Source of the DNA: Terriglobia bacterium
GTDB taxonomy: Bacteria > Acidobacteriota > UBA6911
Direction: 5' to 3'
DNA length: 64,000 bases
Assembly (NCBI GenBank): GCA_020072565.1
Contig: JAIQGI010000014.1
Span: 16,327-80,326 of the forward strand
The position numbers and the translations under genes were made by a program. The first letter of the stretch is position 1. Every line of letters begins with the position of its first letter. This document shows, piece after piece, positions 10,318 through 20,931 of this stretch. Below the pieces are notes generated by a model. It worked only from the letters and a program-made list of their open reading frames with translations. It was not told the origin of the DNA and did not search any database.

Positions 10318-11115
10318 TCAGTGAGGTTCACCAGTGTCCGGGAGGTGAATCTCCACGGGTGTTCTCTTCCTGTGCTGCAGGAGTGAATAAATTCGCAGCA
10401 CCGGCCCCGACAGCGAGTATCCCAGTGCAACCACCAGCAGCGTCCATTCGGAGAAGCTGTAAATCAAAGCGACCAAAAGGGCGATGATCAGAACCGCGAA
10501 GTGCGACTTCCTCCCGAGCGTGAGATTCTTCAGGCTGCTGTATTTGAACGTGCTGATCATCAGCAGCGCCAGCCCGAAGACAGCCGCTACCAGAATGCCG
10601 GCGCTGATTCTGCCGGTGACTGGTGCGCCGAAGAAATAGACGATGGCCGCTATTGTGCCCCCGCCCGCAGGAATCGGCAGACCGACAAAGTGCTTGAAAC
10701 GCCCCGCCTGAACATTAAAGCGGGCCAGTCGCATCGCTCCGCAAATGGTGAACGTGAAGGCAGCGGTCCAGCCAAGCCGGTAGTCCACGCTCTGCAGCCC
10801 CCAGAAAAACGCCAGAATGGAGGGGGCGATGCCGAAGGAAATCACATCCGCCAGCGAGTCGAGCTGGAGGCCGAAACCCGAGGTCGAGTTCGTGAGCCGA
10901 GCGATCTTGCCGTCGAGCGCATCGAGTATGATTGCTACTCCGATGGCTTCCGCGGCACGATCGTAGTTGCCGTGCATGGTCGAGATGATGGCATAGTAGC
11001 CGCAAAAGATGTTGCCGACTGTAAACAGGCTGGGAAGGATGAATACGGAGCGGCCCAGGCGATGCCTGGGCCGCTCTTCCATATCGCCTTCAGCAATCTG
11101 TGCCTGTGACCTCAT
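10318..11115 (-). CDS. pssA: CDP-diacylglycerol--serine O-phosphatidyltransferase
   Basis: The product carries a CDP-alcohol phosphatidyltransferase motif (DALDGKIARL...GLQLDSLADVISFG) in a multi-TM protein. It lies directly downstream of psd. Confidence 0.8.
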   Translation of the reverse strand: MRSQAQIAEGDMEERPRHRLGRSVFILPSLFTVGNIFCGYYAIISTMHGNYDRAAEAIGVAIILDALDGKIARLTNSTSGFGLQLDSLADVISFGIAPSILAFFWGLQSVDYRLGWTAAFTFTICGAMRLARFNVQAGRFKHFVGLPIPAGGGTIAAIVYFFGAPVTGRISAGILVAAVFGLALLMISTFKYSSLKNLTLGRKSHFAVLIIALLVALIYSFSEWTLLVVALGYSLSGPVLRIYSLLQHRKRTPVEIHLPDTGEPH

Positions 11116-11736
11116 TCAGAGGACCTCTCCGATCACCGAACTTCCGCCTTTGACGCGGTCGCCTTCCTTGACCAGAATCTTGACCTCAGCTGGAAGAAGA
11201 ACATCAACGCGCGATCCAAAGCGGATCAGCCCGAAGAGCTCCCCACGCTCCAGAGTATTCCCGGGCCGCTTCCAGCATACCACGCGGCGGGCCACCAATC
11301 CTGCAATTTGCTTGACCACGACACGAGTACGTGGCCCGCGGATGGTCAGGATGTTCTGCTCGTTAACACGCGACGCTTCCTCGTCATACGCGACCTTGAA
11401 CTTACCCCGCTTGTACTCCAGGCGCTCGAGTTCGCCGCGAATGGGGGCGCGGTTGACGTGAACATCGAAAATGTTGAGAAAGATGCTGAGGCTCCGCCCG
11501 CCGGGCAGTTCACCTTCGCCCCGCGGCATCGACACCACACGGACGACTCTTCCATCCGCGGGTGAAACGATCTTTTTGTCGTCTGCGGGGATTTCACGGG
11601 TGGGATTTCGAAAAAAGTAACCGACAAATACTGCCAGAAGGAGCAGCACCGCCACCGCCACGCCCAGCCTGAGATAGGCGCAGAGCGCCGCCAGCGCTAA
11701 CAGAGGAAGGATGAATCGATATGCGTCGTTGATCAT
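11116..11736 (-). CDS. psd: phosphatidylserine decarboxylase (short archaeal-type proenzyme)
   Basis: The 206-aa ORF has an N-terminal TM, a conserved core (IVSPADGRV...LNIFDVHVNRAPI) and a GS cleavage motif (FGSRVD). It is adjacent to and co-directional with pssA. Confidence 0.7.
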   Translation of the reverse strand: MINDAYRFILPLLALAALCAYLRLGVAVAVLLLLAVFVGYFFRNPTREIPADDKKIVSPADGRVVRVVSMPRGEGELPGGRSLSIFLNIFDVHVNRAPIRGELERLEYKRGKFKVAYDEEASRVNEQNILTIRGPRTRVVVKQIAGLVARRVVCWKRPGNTLERGELFGLIRFGSRVDVLLPAEVKILVKEGDRVKGGSSVIGEVL

Positions 11737-11838
11737 CGGGGCTTGGGGGCCGATTCTAGAGACTGGAATCCCCCTCCTGGTGTGATGCGAGAACTCCGAA
11801 TGCCCGTCAAAACTGGCCTGATTGGAAACGCAGAAGGG

Positions 11839-12084
11839 TCAGGAACCGGAATTCATTTCCCTTCGATATCGCTGAACGATGGAGTACATCTGATCCTTCA
11901 GCAGCAGTTTCTTCTTCTTGAGCCTGATTTCCTGAATTCTCTCTTCATCACTCAGGTGGTGACGGTGGCTTAACAATGCCAGTTGCTCGTCGTAGGACTG
12001 GTGCTCAGCGGCAAGCTTCTTGAATTCCTCGTCCCTCGCAAGCAACTGTTGACGGAGTTCTGCCTCACCAATCGGAACGTTCAT
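11839..12084 (-). CDS. DUF465/YdcH-family small protein
   Basis: The product is a coiled small protein (LLARDEEFKKLAAEHQSYDEQLALLSHRHHLSDEERIQEIRLKKKKLLLKDQMY). The start is taken at the internal ATG. Confidence 0.5.
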   Translation of the reverse strand: MNVPIGEAELRQQLLARDEEFKKLAAEHQSYDEQLALLSHRHHLSDEERIQEIRLKKKKLLLKDQMYSIVQRYRREMNSGS

Positions 12085-12262
12085 ATCGGTTCCCCTCCTT
12101 TCGTCTCTCTGAAAATTCGTCAGGTTCATAAGATCATAAGCTCCAAAGGTCAATCCCGAAGTGAATCAAACCGCCAGGCGCCGACACGCTCAAAATCACT
12201 CTTGCCCCGGCGTCCTGGCACCACATCCAACATTCAAAATTGCAGTCGGCCATAGGATGATG

Positions 12263-13411
12263 TCACGCCTTTTGCGGTTTTGCGACCATGCCGCCAGCAG
12301 ACGATTCATGCGATAGGTCCATGCGCTCCCGATAGCGCTCAAATCCCAGATCCACGAGACGCCGGATCAGCCGGTCAAAAGGCACACCGCAGGCGTTCCA
12401 CAACTTGGGATACATGCTGATGCTGGTAAATCCCGGCATGGTATTGATCTCGTTGAGCCAGACAGCGCCCGATTTGCGATCCAGGAAAAAATCCACGCGT
12501 GCCAATCCTGACCCGTCGATCGTCCGGAAGGCGCGCAGCGCCAGATCCCTGACGGCTTTGGCCTTGTCGTCGACGATGTCGGCGGGAATCTGAACCCGGC
12601 TGTCGGGATTGGCGTACTTGGCCTCATAATTGTAAAACTCGCAAGCCGGAACCACTTCGCCGACCACGGAGGCTTCGGGAGTGTTGTTGCCGAGCACGGC
12701 ACATTCCAGCTCTCTGGCATCAATCCCCTTCTCGATGATAATCTTGTGGTCGAACTGCGCCGAGGAAAGGATCGCATCATCAAATTCGCCTGCATGATGG
12801 ATCTTGCAGACACCGACCGAGGAGCCAAGATTGGCAGGTTTCGAAAAGACCGGGTAGCCGAATTGAACCTCGATCTCGTGCCGAAGGCTATCCAGCCTCT
12901 GTTCCAGGCCGCGCGAGGATTCCACCCGAAACGGGACGATCGGCAGCCGCGCCTGCGCAAAGAGGCGCTTCATCGCATCCTTATCCATCCCGACGGCAGA
13001 CGCAAGCACACCGCAACCCACGTAAGGCACACCGGCGATTTCCAGCAACCCTTGGATCGTTCCATCTTCGCCGTAAGGGCCGTGCAGCAGAGGAAAGATG
13101 ATCTCAGGGCGCCGATTCGTTTCTTCGCGTTGCGCATCAAATCCACCCGTCCAGGGCAGAACCTCTTCGCTGCCCCCACCCAACCTGACCCGATCCAGAA
13201 GCTCGGCCGGGAGCATGGCTCGCACCTCGGCGCTACTGGCGAGCTTGCCGCTCCTGGTAATGCCGATGGCCGTCACTTCGAATTCGCTCGGATCCAGCGC
13301 GCCGATCACCGATGCGGCCGACGACAGCGAGACCTCATGTTCGCTGGATCTGCCCCCGAACAGAATGCCGAGGCGTATCCTATGTTTCTCTTTCGCCATT
13401 CCCATCGCCAC
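12263..13411 (-). CDS. ddl: D-alanine--D-alanine ligase
   Basis: The N-terminal segment ([17 protein letters not shown]), the central segment ([38 protein letters not shown]) and the C-terminal segment ([11 protein letters not shown]) are classic Ddl. Confidence 0.85.
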   Translation of the reverse strand: MAMGMAKEKHRIRLGILFGGRSSEHEVSLSSAASVIGALDPSEFEVTAIGITRSGKLASSAEVRAMLPAELLDRVRLGGGSEEVLPWTGGFDAQREETNRRPEIIFPLLHGPYGEDGTIQGLLEIAGVPYVGCGVLASAVGMDKDAMKRLFAQARLPIVPFRVESSRGLEQRLDSLRHEIEVQFGYPVFSKPANLGSSVGVCKIHHAGEFDDAILSSAQFDHKIIIEKGIDARELECAVLGNNTPEASVVGEVVPACEFYNYEAKYANPDSRVQIPADIVDDKAKAVRDLALRAFRTIDGSGLARVDFFLDRKSGAVWLNEINTMPGFTSISMYPKLWNACGVPFDRLIRRLVDLGFERYRERMDLSHESSAGGMVAKPQKA

Positions 13412-14366
13412 CAGCGCTCATCCCATTCTGGGCGTGCTGCTGGTACGCCTTGATGATCAAGCGTACCAGATGGTGTCTGACCACATCGCTTTCGTTGAAA
13501 TAACAGAAAGCCAGTCCCTCTACGTCACTGAGAATATTTCTGGCCTCCACCAGCCCGGAACTGCGCCCGAACGGGAGGTCGATCTGTGTGATATCTCCGG
13601 TAATCACGGCTTTGGAGTGCAGGCCAATTCGAGTCAGGAACATCTTCATCTGCTCGGAAGTCGTATTCTGTGCTTCATCCAGTATGATGAAGGCATCGTT
13701 GAGAGTCCTGCCCCGCATAAAAGCCAGGGGGGCGATCTCGATCACTCCCGTCTCCATGTAACGCTGGATCTTCTCCGACTCCATGAGAATATAAAGCGCA
13801 TCGTAGAGCGGCCTCAGATACGGATTGATCTTGGCCTCCAGATCACCCGGAAGAAAACCGAGTTTTTCGCCGGCCTCGACTGCCGGACGGGTCAGGATAA
13901 TGCGCGACACACCCTTTTCCAAGAGATAGGTGAGTGCCATCGCCACGGCCAGGAAGGTCTTGCCTGTTCCGCCCGGGCCGATGCCGAACACGATATCGTT
14001 CTGGCGAATCGCCTCAACGTAGCGCCGTTGATTCAAGCTCTTGGGCGTCACCTGCCTCTTGCCGGCCGCCAGCAGCTGCATCTTTGGGAAGAAATCGTGC
14101 AGGGACAGCGCCGCATCTTCGGCGATCTGCTTGAACGCCGACTTGAGGTCGCCGTTGCTGATGTTGTGCCCCTTGTCCACCAGGCCGGAAAAATCGAGGA
14201 GAATGCGCTCGAGAAGGCTGACGTTGTCTTCCTCCCCATCAATAGTCAGACTGGAATCCCGGGCCTGAATCGTCACGGCAAAAAGGTTTTCCAGGAATCT
14301 GATGTTTTCGTCGAGAGGGCCAAAAAGCAGTTGCAGACTGCGATCCGAGAGAAGGACTTTTTTCAT
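13380..14366 (-). CDS. phoH: PhoH-like ATPase
   Basis: A Walker A motif ([12 protein letters not shown]) and strong PhoH-family similarity run throughout the product. The gene overlaps the ddl start by ~30 nt. Confidence 0.85.
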   Translation of the reverse strand: MKKVLLSDRSLQLLFGPLDENIRFLENLFAVTIQARDSSLTIDGEEDNVSLLERILLDFSGLVDKGHNISNGDLKSAFKQIAEDAALSLHDFFPKMQLLAAGKRQVTPKSLNQRRYVEAIRQNDIVFGIGPGGTGKTFLAVAMALTYLLEKGVSRIILTRPAVEAGEKLGFLPGDLEAKINPYLRPLYDALYILMESEKIQRYMETGVIEIAPLAFMRGRTLNDAFIILDEAQNTTSEQMKMFLTRIGLHSKAVITGDITQIDLPFGRSSGLVEARNILSDVEGLAFCYFNESDVVRHHLVRLIIKAYQQHAQNGMSAGGDGNGERET

Positions 14367-14520
14367 CTCAGGACTGATTTGACCTCAAACGGGATTTTGA
14401 AGGGGCGAAAAACCTCGCGTCCGCTCCACTTGATGGCAGGGCATACCTCAAAAGGCTTTCTTCGCATGTCTAAAAATATCTTAGGCTCGCGATCCCCCCA
14501 AGTCAATGTCAAAATACCAT

Positions 14521-14549
14521 TTGACTGATTTGATAAGTTATTGTAGCAT
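14521..14549 (+). promoter_or_regulatory. possible sigma70-like promoter upstream of rpsT
   Basis: A TTGACT element is followed by a 17-nt spacer and TAGCAT (4/6 match to TATAAT), ~65 nt upstream of the rpsT start. The evidence is weak. Confidence 0.2.
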
Positions 14550-14614
14550 AAGAGTTTTGGCCAGAGGCTCTCATTGATCCGAACGGACTTTGACCATAGT
14601 GAGGAGTGGCAGGA

Positions 14615-14893
14615 ATGGCAAATCACGCGTCGGCGCTTAAGGCACACCGGCAAAGCATCAGGCGAAAGAACAGAAATCGCAGCAATCGCAGCGCTTTCAG
14701 AACATCTTTGAAGACGTTTTCCGAGAAACTCACGGCAGGCAAAATCGAGGACGCCAAGGCTTCTCTGCCGCAGCTTTACTCGGATATCGATAGCGCCGTC
14801 GACGAGGGCGTTCTGAGCAGCAACGCGGCAGCCCGTCATAAATCGCGGCTTTCTAAACACTTGAATGCCGCTGCGTCGCCCGCCGCAAAGTAG
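14615..14893 (+). CDS. rpsT: 30S ribosomal protein S20
   Basis: The N-terminus (MANHASALKAHRQSIRRKNRNRSNRSAFRT) matches the typical S20 N-terminus. Confidence 0.85.
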   Translation: MANHASALKAHRQSIRRKNRNRSNRSAFRTSLKTFSEKLTAGKIEDAKASLPQLYSDIDSAVDEGVLSSNAAARHKSRLSKHLNAAASPAAK

Positions 14894-14981
14894 CGAAGAT
14901 GCAGCCCCACATAAGCACTGACGACCACGAACTACGAGTTTGTGTCTGTGGATGCGGTTCATGGCTGCTTTTCTTTTTTCG

Positions 14982-16046
14982 TCAAAGCGAGCAGACCAGT
15001 TGCTCCAGAAGCAATCTCTCGTCCGGGCGGGAGGATTTGAAGCTGCGATCAATGTGGGCAAGCCGTTGATACATGTTGCGGGCCATTTCCGGCTCCAAGG
15101 CTTTGGCCTGCCGCAGAAAATCACTCAAGATGAATTCCGGCACCTGGGCGGCGCGGCTGATCTCGCGCGGCCCGCACCCTTCCGCTAAAAGTTCTTTGGC
15201 GATAAGTATTTGCCGAAAATGCCTGGCCATCATGGAAACGATGACCAGAGGCGCTTCCCCAGCCTCCAGCAGATTCCCCAGCAGCCGGAGCGCGGCCTTG
15301 CGGTCTCGCCTCCCCAGAGCGGCAGTGAGCTCGAAAATCCCGTGCTCACGGCTCGCCGGGACCAGGGTGTCGACGGCCGATTCCTGAATCTCCTTTTCCT
15401 TGCCGGCATACAGGATGAGTTTTTCGATCTCGTTGATCAGAGTGAGCAGATCGGAACCGGCCAGATCCACCAGTCGCCTCAGCGCGGCCGGGGCGATCCG
15501 ATAGCCACGGCGTGATACGAAGTTTCCCGCCCATCTTTCCAATGCGGCTTCCTTCAGTTTCGCAAATTCGACAACGCAAGCGCAGTCGGCCATGCGCTTA
15601 TAGAACGAAGTTCGCCGATCGAAATCAGCGGCTGTGAGGACCAGTACGGTCTTCTCGTGTGGCCCTCCCGCATATGCAGCGAGTGCTTCCAGCCCGGCTG
15701 CCGGCATCTCGTCGACATCTGTGACCAGCACGAGCCGGCGAGGCGACATCATCGGGAAGGTATTCGCTTCCTCCACAATCTTCGCGCCCTCCGTGCTACG
15801 CCCGCTGCACTCTACAAAGTTGAAGGCCAGCGCTTCAGGAGCGATGGCTTTGGCCTTGAGCGTTGAGATTGCCGTGCGCAAGAGATACTCTTCTTTTCCG
15901 AGGAAGAAGTAGACGGGGCAGAACCGGCCACGGTCAAGGTCGAAATCAAGTTCGTCGGAGGTCAGTGTAGGCAACGGATTAGCGTGTGAGAATGGAACTG
16001 GCCAGACTGGCAGCAAGGTCGCGAGCCAGACGGTCCACCGCAGCAT
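14982..16046 (-). CDS. holA: DNA polymerase III delta subunit
   Basis: The product is HolA-like throughout (YFFLGKEEYLL...LTAADFDRRTSFYK...). The ORF-track start overlaps lptE by 68 nt, so the true start probably lies downstream of that first ATG. Confidence 0.65.
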   Translation of the reverse strand: MLRWTVWLATLLPVWPVPFSHANPLPTLTSDELDFDLDRGRFCPVYFFLGKEEYLLRTAISTLKAKAIAPEALAFNFVECSGRSTEGAKIVEEANTFPMMSPRRLVLVTDVDEMPAAGLEALAAYAGGPHEKTVLVLTAADFDRRTSFYKRMADCACVVEFAKLKEAALERWAGNFVSRRGYRIAPAALRRLVDLAGSDLLTLINEIEKLILYAGKEKEIQESAVDTLVPASREHGIFELTAALGRRDRKAALRLLGNLLEAGEAPLVIVSMMARHFRQILIAKELLAEGCGPREISRAAQVPEFILSDFLRQAKALEPEMARNMYQRLAHIDRSFKSSRPDERLLLEQLVCSL

Positions 16047-16524
16047 TCTCTTCCGAGAAGAATCGGGTGACTTTTGTATTTAGTACGTACGTCGCGCGGA
16101 AGCTGAATCCGGGATTCTCCCAGATAACAGCGCCATCCTTGACGCGCACGAGCCTCGCCGAGATTGCCACTGTTACCAGAAACTCAGACGCGAAGCCGTC
16201 GGCGCCGAACGTGACGGGGCTGGAATTCAGGGCGTGAATTTCGCCCTCCAGCACCGCATCCACTCCCTCGGATCGAGAGCTCACAGGGACCCGTGTCCGC
16301 AAGGTGAACTCCTTCAGCACGGCCGCGGTGATCTGCTGCTCGAGCTTGTATTCGCGCGTGTCGTTCTTAAAAGTCGGGATGCCGATGGAGTGCACTCCAC
16401 CAGGCAGATTCCTGACGGAACCAGCGATGTGGTAACCACACGCGGCAGAGAGCAACATTGCGCTCAATACGAGCCCGCGGAGAATTGGTAGCTGCTTGAT
16501 GTGGAATATGCCGGATCGTTTCAC
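15979..16524 (-). CDS. lptE: LptE-like LPS-assembly lipoprotein
   Basis: A signal peptide with a lipobox (LLSAACGY) and an LptE-like beta-rich body are present. The conserved position immediately upstream of holA supports the call. Confidence 0.5.
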   Translation of the reverse strand: MKRSGIFHIKQLPILRGLVLSAMLLSAACGYHIAGSVRNLPGGVHSIGIPTFKNDTREYKLEQQITAAVLKEFTLRTRVPVSSRSEGVDAVLEGEIHALNSSPVTFGADGFASEFLVTVAISARLVRVKDGAVIWENPGFSFRATYVLNTKVTRFFSEENAAVDRLARDLAASLASSILTR

Positions 16525-16761
16525 TTGGTAGTACCTGGGATCGACACCCGAATGATAGGGGAAGCCGAACTACCATGCAAGTTCCGAACCGACGGAACGA
16601 ATTTCACGAGCGGCGCAACTCGTGACGAGCCGCGACAACTCAACGCGGAGGCCGTGGAGAGCGACGGAGAATGCAAAGCACTCTCAGCCTCGACCGGGTG
16701 AAACTCTCCGCGCGCTCCGTCGCTCTGCACGGCCCCTGCGTTGATCTTTTGCTTTTCATTG

Positions 16762-17316
16762 CTAGAGGCGCGCAATCTGGATCTTCTTCTGTGCTTGGTA
16801 CTTGCCTTTGCGATCGGCGTAAGACGTTTCGCACTCGCTCTCGGCTTTGAGAAACACGAGCTGGGCGATTCCTTCCCCGGCAAAAACCCGGACGGGGATG
16901 GGTGCGGCATTGACAAGGGAGACGGTGACAAATCCTTCCCACTCCGGTTCGAACGGCGTAACGTTTACGATCAGACCGCAACGCGCATAAGTGGATTTCC
17001 CCTGACAGATTACAAGGATGTCCCGTGGAATTCGGAAGTACTCCAGAGATCGTCCGAGCACGTAGGAGTTCGACGCAATCCAGCAGGAGGAACTGTTGTG
17101 ATCGATCCAGGGAGCCTGACCCATCTTTTTGGGATCCCAACGCTTAGCGGTACCCAAGGCCGGTATCTTGAATTCACGCGAAAGACGGAAATCATAGCCG
17201 TAAGAGCTGACGCCGTAAGAGATCCTGCCGCTACGGGTTCGGTTTGCGGCAAAAGGACGGATCATGCCGTGCTTTCGCGCCATTTCTGCAATCCAGCGAT
17301 CGGGCATCACTCCCAT
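16762..17316 (-). CDS. dcd: dCTP deaminase
   Basis: A dCTP deaminase/dUTPase fold is supported by SSYGYDFRL..., GRSLEYFRIP and ARCGLIVNVTPFEPEWEG. The start is taken at the internal ATG (MGVMPDRWI). Confidence 0.8.
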   Translation of the reverse strand: MGVMPDRWIAEMARKHGMIRPFAANRTRSGRISYGVSSYGYDFRLSREFKIPALGTAKRWDPKKMGQAPWIDHNSSSCWIASNSYVLGRSLEYFRIPRDILVICQGKSTYARCGLIVNVTPFEPEWEGFVTVSLVNAAPIPVRVFAGEGIAQLVFLKAESECETSYADRKGKYQAQKKIQIARL

Positions 17317-17395
17317 TTGAGGTCCTCCGATTAGTGAACAAGGCGCGAGTCTAACATCGGGTCCCGGGTGTGTAAAGCGCGTAAATAGAATTGGC

Positions 17396-17424
17396 TTGAC
17401 AGCATTTACGACCACAAATAATAT
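17396..17424 (+). promoter_or_regulatory. sigma70-type promoter of the HU/IHF gene
   Basis: TTGACA (17396-17401), a 17-nt spacer and TAATAT (17419-17424) form a consensus promoter. A GGAGGA RBS lies at 17441-17446, 5 nt before the GTG start. Confidence 0.45.
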
Positions 17425-17451
17425 GTTTGCACCAATTTATGGAGGATCAGC

Positions 17452-17727
17452 GTGATAAAACAGGACATCGTGAACCGTGTCGCCGACCAGTTGAATATCA
17501 CAAAGGTTAAAGCGGAAATTGCGGTGGAATCTGTCTTCAACTCGCTCAAGAACGCGCTTAAGCGAGGAGAGAGGATCGAGCTGCGCGGTTTCGGGGTCTT
17601 CATCGTAAAGCCGCGTAAGAGCGGCGTCGGCCGAAACCCCAGGACCGGCGAGGAAGTCGCTATCCCCCCCGGAAAGACCATCCGTTTCAAGCCGGGCAAG
17701 GAAATTCGTGCCGACAAGATTTACTGA
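17452..17727 (+). CDS. HU/IHF-family DNA-binding protein
   Basis: The 91-aa product carries the conserved HU/IHF arm (RGFGVFIVKPRKSGVGRNPRTGEEVAIPPGKTIRFKPGK). Confidence 0.8.
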   Translation: MIKQDIVNRVADQLNITKVKAEIAVESVFNSLKNALKRGERIELRGFGVFIVKPRKSGVGRNPRTGEEVAIPPGKTIRFKPGKEIRADKIY

Positions 17728-17789
17728 CATCGACAGATACGCCGCCAGCGCTCTGGCCGCTCTGCGAGTTTTGAGAGAGCTCTGATTCT

Positions 17790-18779
17790 GTGAGCAGCGA
17801 CTTTACCCTGGACTCATCCGGACAAACCCCGGAACCCCGGCTTGCAGGTGCGACTGAACAAGAAGGTCCGGCCGTGAACGTGAGCCCGCCCGGTTGGCGC
17901 GAGTGGCGTTTCCCCGCTTTTCTTTTTCTGACAACGCTTTTGAGCACTATGTTCGCCGGCCTGTTCTATGTCTACGGCGATAACACAGGGATCATGCGAA
18001 TGGCGTGGGCGGTTTTTGTGCATCCCTCGCTCTTGCTGGAAGGGATACCCTTTTCCTTCACCTTGATCGCGATTCTCCTGGCCCATGAGATGGGCCATTT
18101 CCTTGCCTGTCGCCACTACGGCATTCGCTGCACGCCGCCTTTCTTCCTTCCCTTTCCCGTTTCCTATGCAGGCACGCTGGGCGCGTTCATCCGGATCCGA
18201 TCGCACTTTCAGCACAAACGCGCCCTCTTCGACGTAGGCATTGCGGGACCGCTCGCGGGCTTTGCCTTTGTGGTTCCGGCACTCATTGTCGGTATCGCCT
18301 TTTCGAAGCTGATCCCCAAGGGCAGTGTTCACGACGGCATCGGCTTCGGAGAGCCGCTTCTGTTTCGCTTGGTGGGCAAGGCCGTACTGGGTTATGCGCC
18401 CGAGACGCAGGACATGCTGGCAGATCCGATTGCCATGGCCGCCTGGTTTGGGCTGCTCGCCACCAGCCTGAACCTGTTCCCGATCTGGCAGCTCGACGGG
18501 GGACATATCACTTATGCCTTGTTCGGCAGAGAGCGCCAAAAAAAAGTGTCCATCGGTGCATCTATTGCCTTGATGCTGGTCAGCTTCGCCGGGTGGCCAA
18601 TTCCCTCCTACTTGATATTTGCCTGTCTGATTTTCTTCTTCGGCATGCGCTTCCGCTTCTATCATCCGCCTACGCTCTATGAAGAGGAGGGGATCGGCAC
18701 CGCACGCGAGATCCTGGGAATCATGGCGCTGTTCATCCTGATTTTGTCCTTCACCCCTATCCCGATCTACCTCTCTTGA
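17790..18779 (+). CDS. site-2 protease family (M50) zinc metallopeptidase
   Basis: The product is a multi-TM protein with a HEMGH zinc motif and a downstream LDGG motif (WQLDGGHI). Confidence 0.7.
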   Translation: MSSDFTLDSSGQTPEPRLAGATEQEGPAVNVSPPGWREWRFPAFLFLTTLLSTMFAGLFYVYGDNTGIMRMAWAVFVHPSLLLEGIPFSFTLIAILLAHEMGHFLACRHYGIRCTPPFFLPFPVSYAGTLGAFIRIRSHFQHKRALFDVGIAGPLAGFAFVVPALIVGIAFSKLIPKGSVHDGIGFGEPLLFRLVGKAVLGYAPETQDMLADPIAMAAWFGLLATSLNLFPIWQLDGGHITYALFGRERQKKVSIGASIALMLVSFAGWPIPSYLIFACLIFFFGMRFRFYHPPTLYEEEGIGTAREILGIMALFILILSFTPIPIYLS

Positions 18780-18948
18780 AAACGGATGACCGGATATCGA
18801 TTCCCTGATTTCATCAGTTCGAGAGTTTCAGCAAGTCATTGAAATCAGCGAATTGACGTTCTGTCATCCAATTTCAGGTTTGACAGGCTGATGGCCTTCG
18901 GTGATAATTTCCGCTCGGTTTCAAGACCGAGCCTACGATGATAGGAGT

Positions 18949-19024
<76 letters not shown>

Positions 19025-19381
19025 ACAAACATGCGGGTTCGACAAGATTCCCTCTAAAATCATATCCAGCGTAGAGGTAGTCAGAGACGGGATAAGGCAG
19101 GTACTTGCGTCGATGAAGAAGTAGGTGCCGGTTGACGCCTTCCAGCGCCCCCAGTCGCCCAGCGGCCCGCGCTGTGCTGGCTCAGAAGCCCCGATCGGCA
19201 GCAGGCCCATATCCTGGTGCTTCACCCCCGTTCTTATGCTTTTACCAAGGTTCCCGGCAGCACAAGGCACGTTTGGCGTTCTCTTCGCCGCCAATGGCAC
19301 TATCCTCGCCGATCGTCGGCATGGTTCCGTCTTCGTTTCGAGGAAATTTAGACTTTGAGGTTGACGGGCGGGAGCCGGAGA

Positions 19382-19858
19382 TTAGCCGTTGGCCGGCGCC
19401 TGCTCTATCCACACTTCCAGCGTGCCGTCGAGCAAATGGGACCATCTGATCATCCGAACGGCTGTTGCGTTGGTCGGAGCCGCGCGGGCAAATACGGTCC
19501 GTTGCGCTGGATCGGCAGAATAGAGTTCGACGAGGCCCCATCCCTGGATCGATAGCGTTTCCGATCCGTTGGCCCTCGCGGAAAAGGTCACGCTGAATAA
19601 GCCATCCGCCGGCACACGGACCTGCTGCTCATCAGGGTCCTGGTAAATAAGAATGCGCACGGCCTCCCGCCCATCCTTCCAACGCCAAGTCTGGCCGACC
19701 GCACAGCCATAAGTGTAGGCGCTGAGATTCACCATCTTGATGCGGGCATAACCGCGCAAGTACTCGGTGATTTCCGCGCCGGTGGCGGGCAGGATCTGAG
19801 AGCAGAGCGTTGGCGTCAACAGAAGAAATGCAAGAATCACTTTAACGAAAGCCTTCAT
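19382..19858 (-). CDS. hypothetical secreted protein
   Basis: A signal peptide (MKAFVKVILAFLLLTPTLCS) is present and no recognisable domain was found. Confidence 0.4.
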   Translation of the reverse strand: MKAFVKVILAFLLLTPTLCSQILPATGAEITEYLRGYARIKMVNLSAYTYGCAVGQTWRWKDGREAVRILIYQDPDEQQVRVPADGLFSVTFSARANGSETLSIQGWGLVELYSADPAQRTVFARAAPTNATAVRMIRWSHLLDGTLEVWIEQAPANG

Positions 19859-19986
19859 GATGATCTCCTCTTGACACACATTCTACACCCGATTCCTCCG
19901 TGGAGGTCGGGGCGCATCCCGGGATCGGCATCGCAATCGCCATCGGCTCTTGTCGGCTAAGAGTTCCGATTGCGATACCGATTTGT

Positions 19987-20571
19987 CTATTTTCGGAGCA
20001 GAATCGGGCGGCGCACGACACAGACTGCGTACGCTTCAGAGGCGGTGACCATCCCCTTCTGGTTTCGGGCAGGCACGAATCGCCATTGCCGTGCAGCTGC
20101 GGAGCAGGCTGCTGTCAAGCTCCCCAATCCCTGCACGACCTTCACGCTGGAGACAGAGCCGGCCTCTGTGACATCCAAGTGCAACACCACACTCCCCTCT
20201 GCCATGGAGTTAGGCGGATAGGCGGGCTCGATCACGTTCGTGGGATAGAGTGCGCCGGGCACAGGATGAGACACAGCTAATTTCTGGGCTGCCGACCCAG
20301 TGGAGTACAGGTTGGGCGAACGAAAATTCACCACGACGAGCACATTGCTATTTTCGGTAGCTTTGAAGCGCCAGCTGCCAAGGGATGCGCGCGCAGGGGC
20401 AACGAATGGCGGATCACCCTGCAGGATCTCAACCTGTTTGACAGAACCTGCCGACACGTGGAGAAGGGCGACAACGTTGCCGCCGGCAATCGCGTTCGGA
20501 GGGTAAGCTGGTCCCACGACTGTCACGGCTTCGGCGAAAGCCAACATCAGTACAGCAAAAGTGGGTAGCAT
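19987..20571 (-). CDS. secreted protein with two tandem TonB C-terminal-like domains
   Basis: An N-terminal signal sequence is followed by two repeats of the form PAYPPNAIAGGNVVALLHV..GSV..V.I.QG...F...A......WRF (TonB_C-like). There is no proline-rich linker. Confidence 0.5.
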   Translation of the reverse strand: MLPTFAVLMLAFAEAVTVVGPAYPPNAIAGGNVVALLHVSAGSVKQVEILQGDPPFVAPARASLGSWRFKATENSNVLVVVNFRSPNLYSTGSAAQKLAVSHPVPGALYPTNVIEPAYPPNSMAEGSVVLHLDVTEAGSVSSVKVVQGLGSLTAACSAAARQWRFVPARNQKGMVTASEAYAVCVVRRPILLRK

Positions 20572-20931
20572 GTCAGATGCTCCAATGCTCCTGGGGCGAA
20601 GTTTTATGATCTGCCTGTTACGGGACAGGCGTCCTTATCCATAAGTAATGGTAACCTCCGACCGCAGCAAATTCAAGAAACAGCCAAACAAGCCCACGAT
20701 TGAAATCCTGCACGCGAATACAGCAACGAACAGCACGTTGTGGCACAGTCGTATCTCAATAATCTCAATGCCATCCCTCATGCGCCGGGGGCGCGCCCGG
20801 GCGCATGAAAAACCGGGATCTGAACACGGGCTAAAGCCCGTACCCACTTAACATTAGCTGACAGTTGAGCCCGGTGGAAACGGGCTTCAGCCCGTCAAGT
20901 TGCGTCAGCTATTTTCACACCTGCTGGTTTT

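Noticed and set aside
13098-14528. 476-aa plus-strand ORF spanning ddl/phoH
   Set aside because: It is antisense to two confidently identified genes and has no recognisable motifs.
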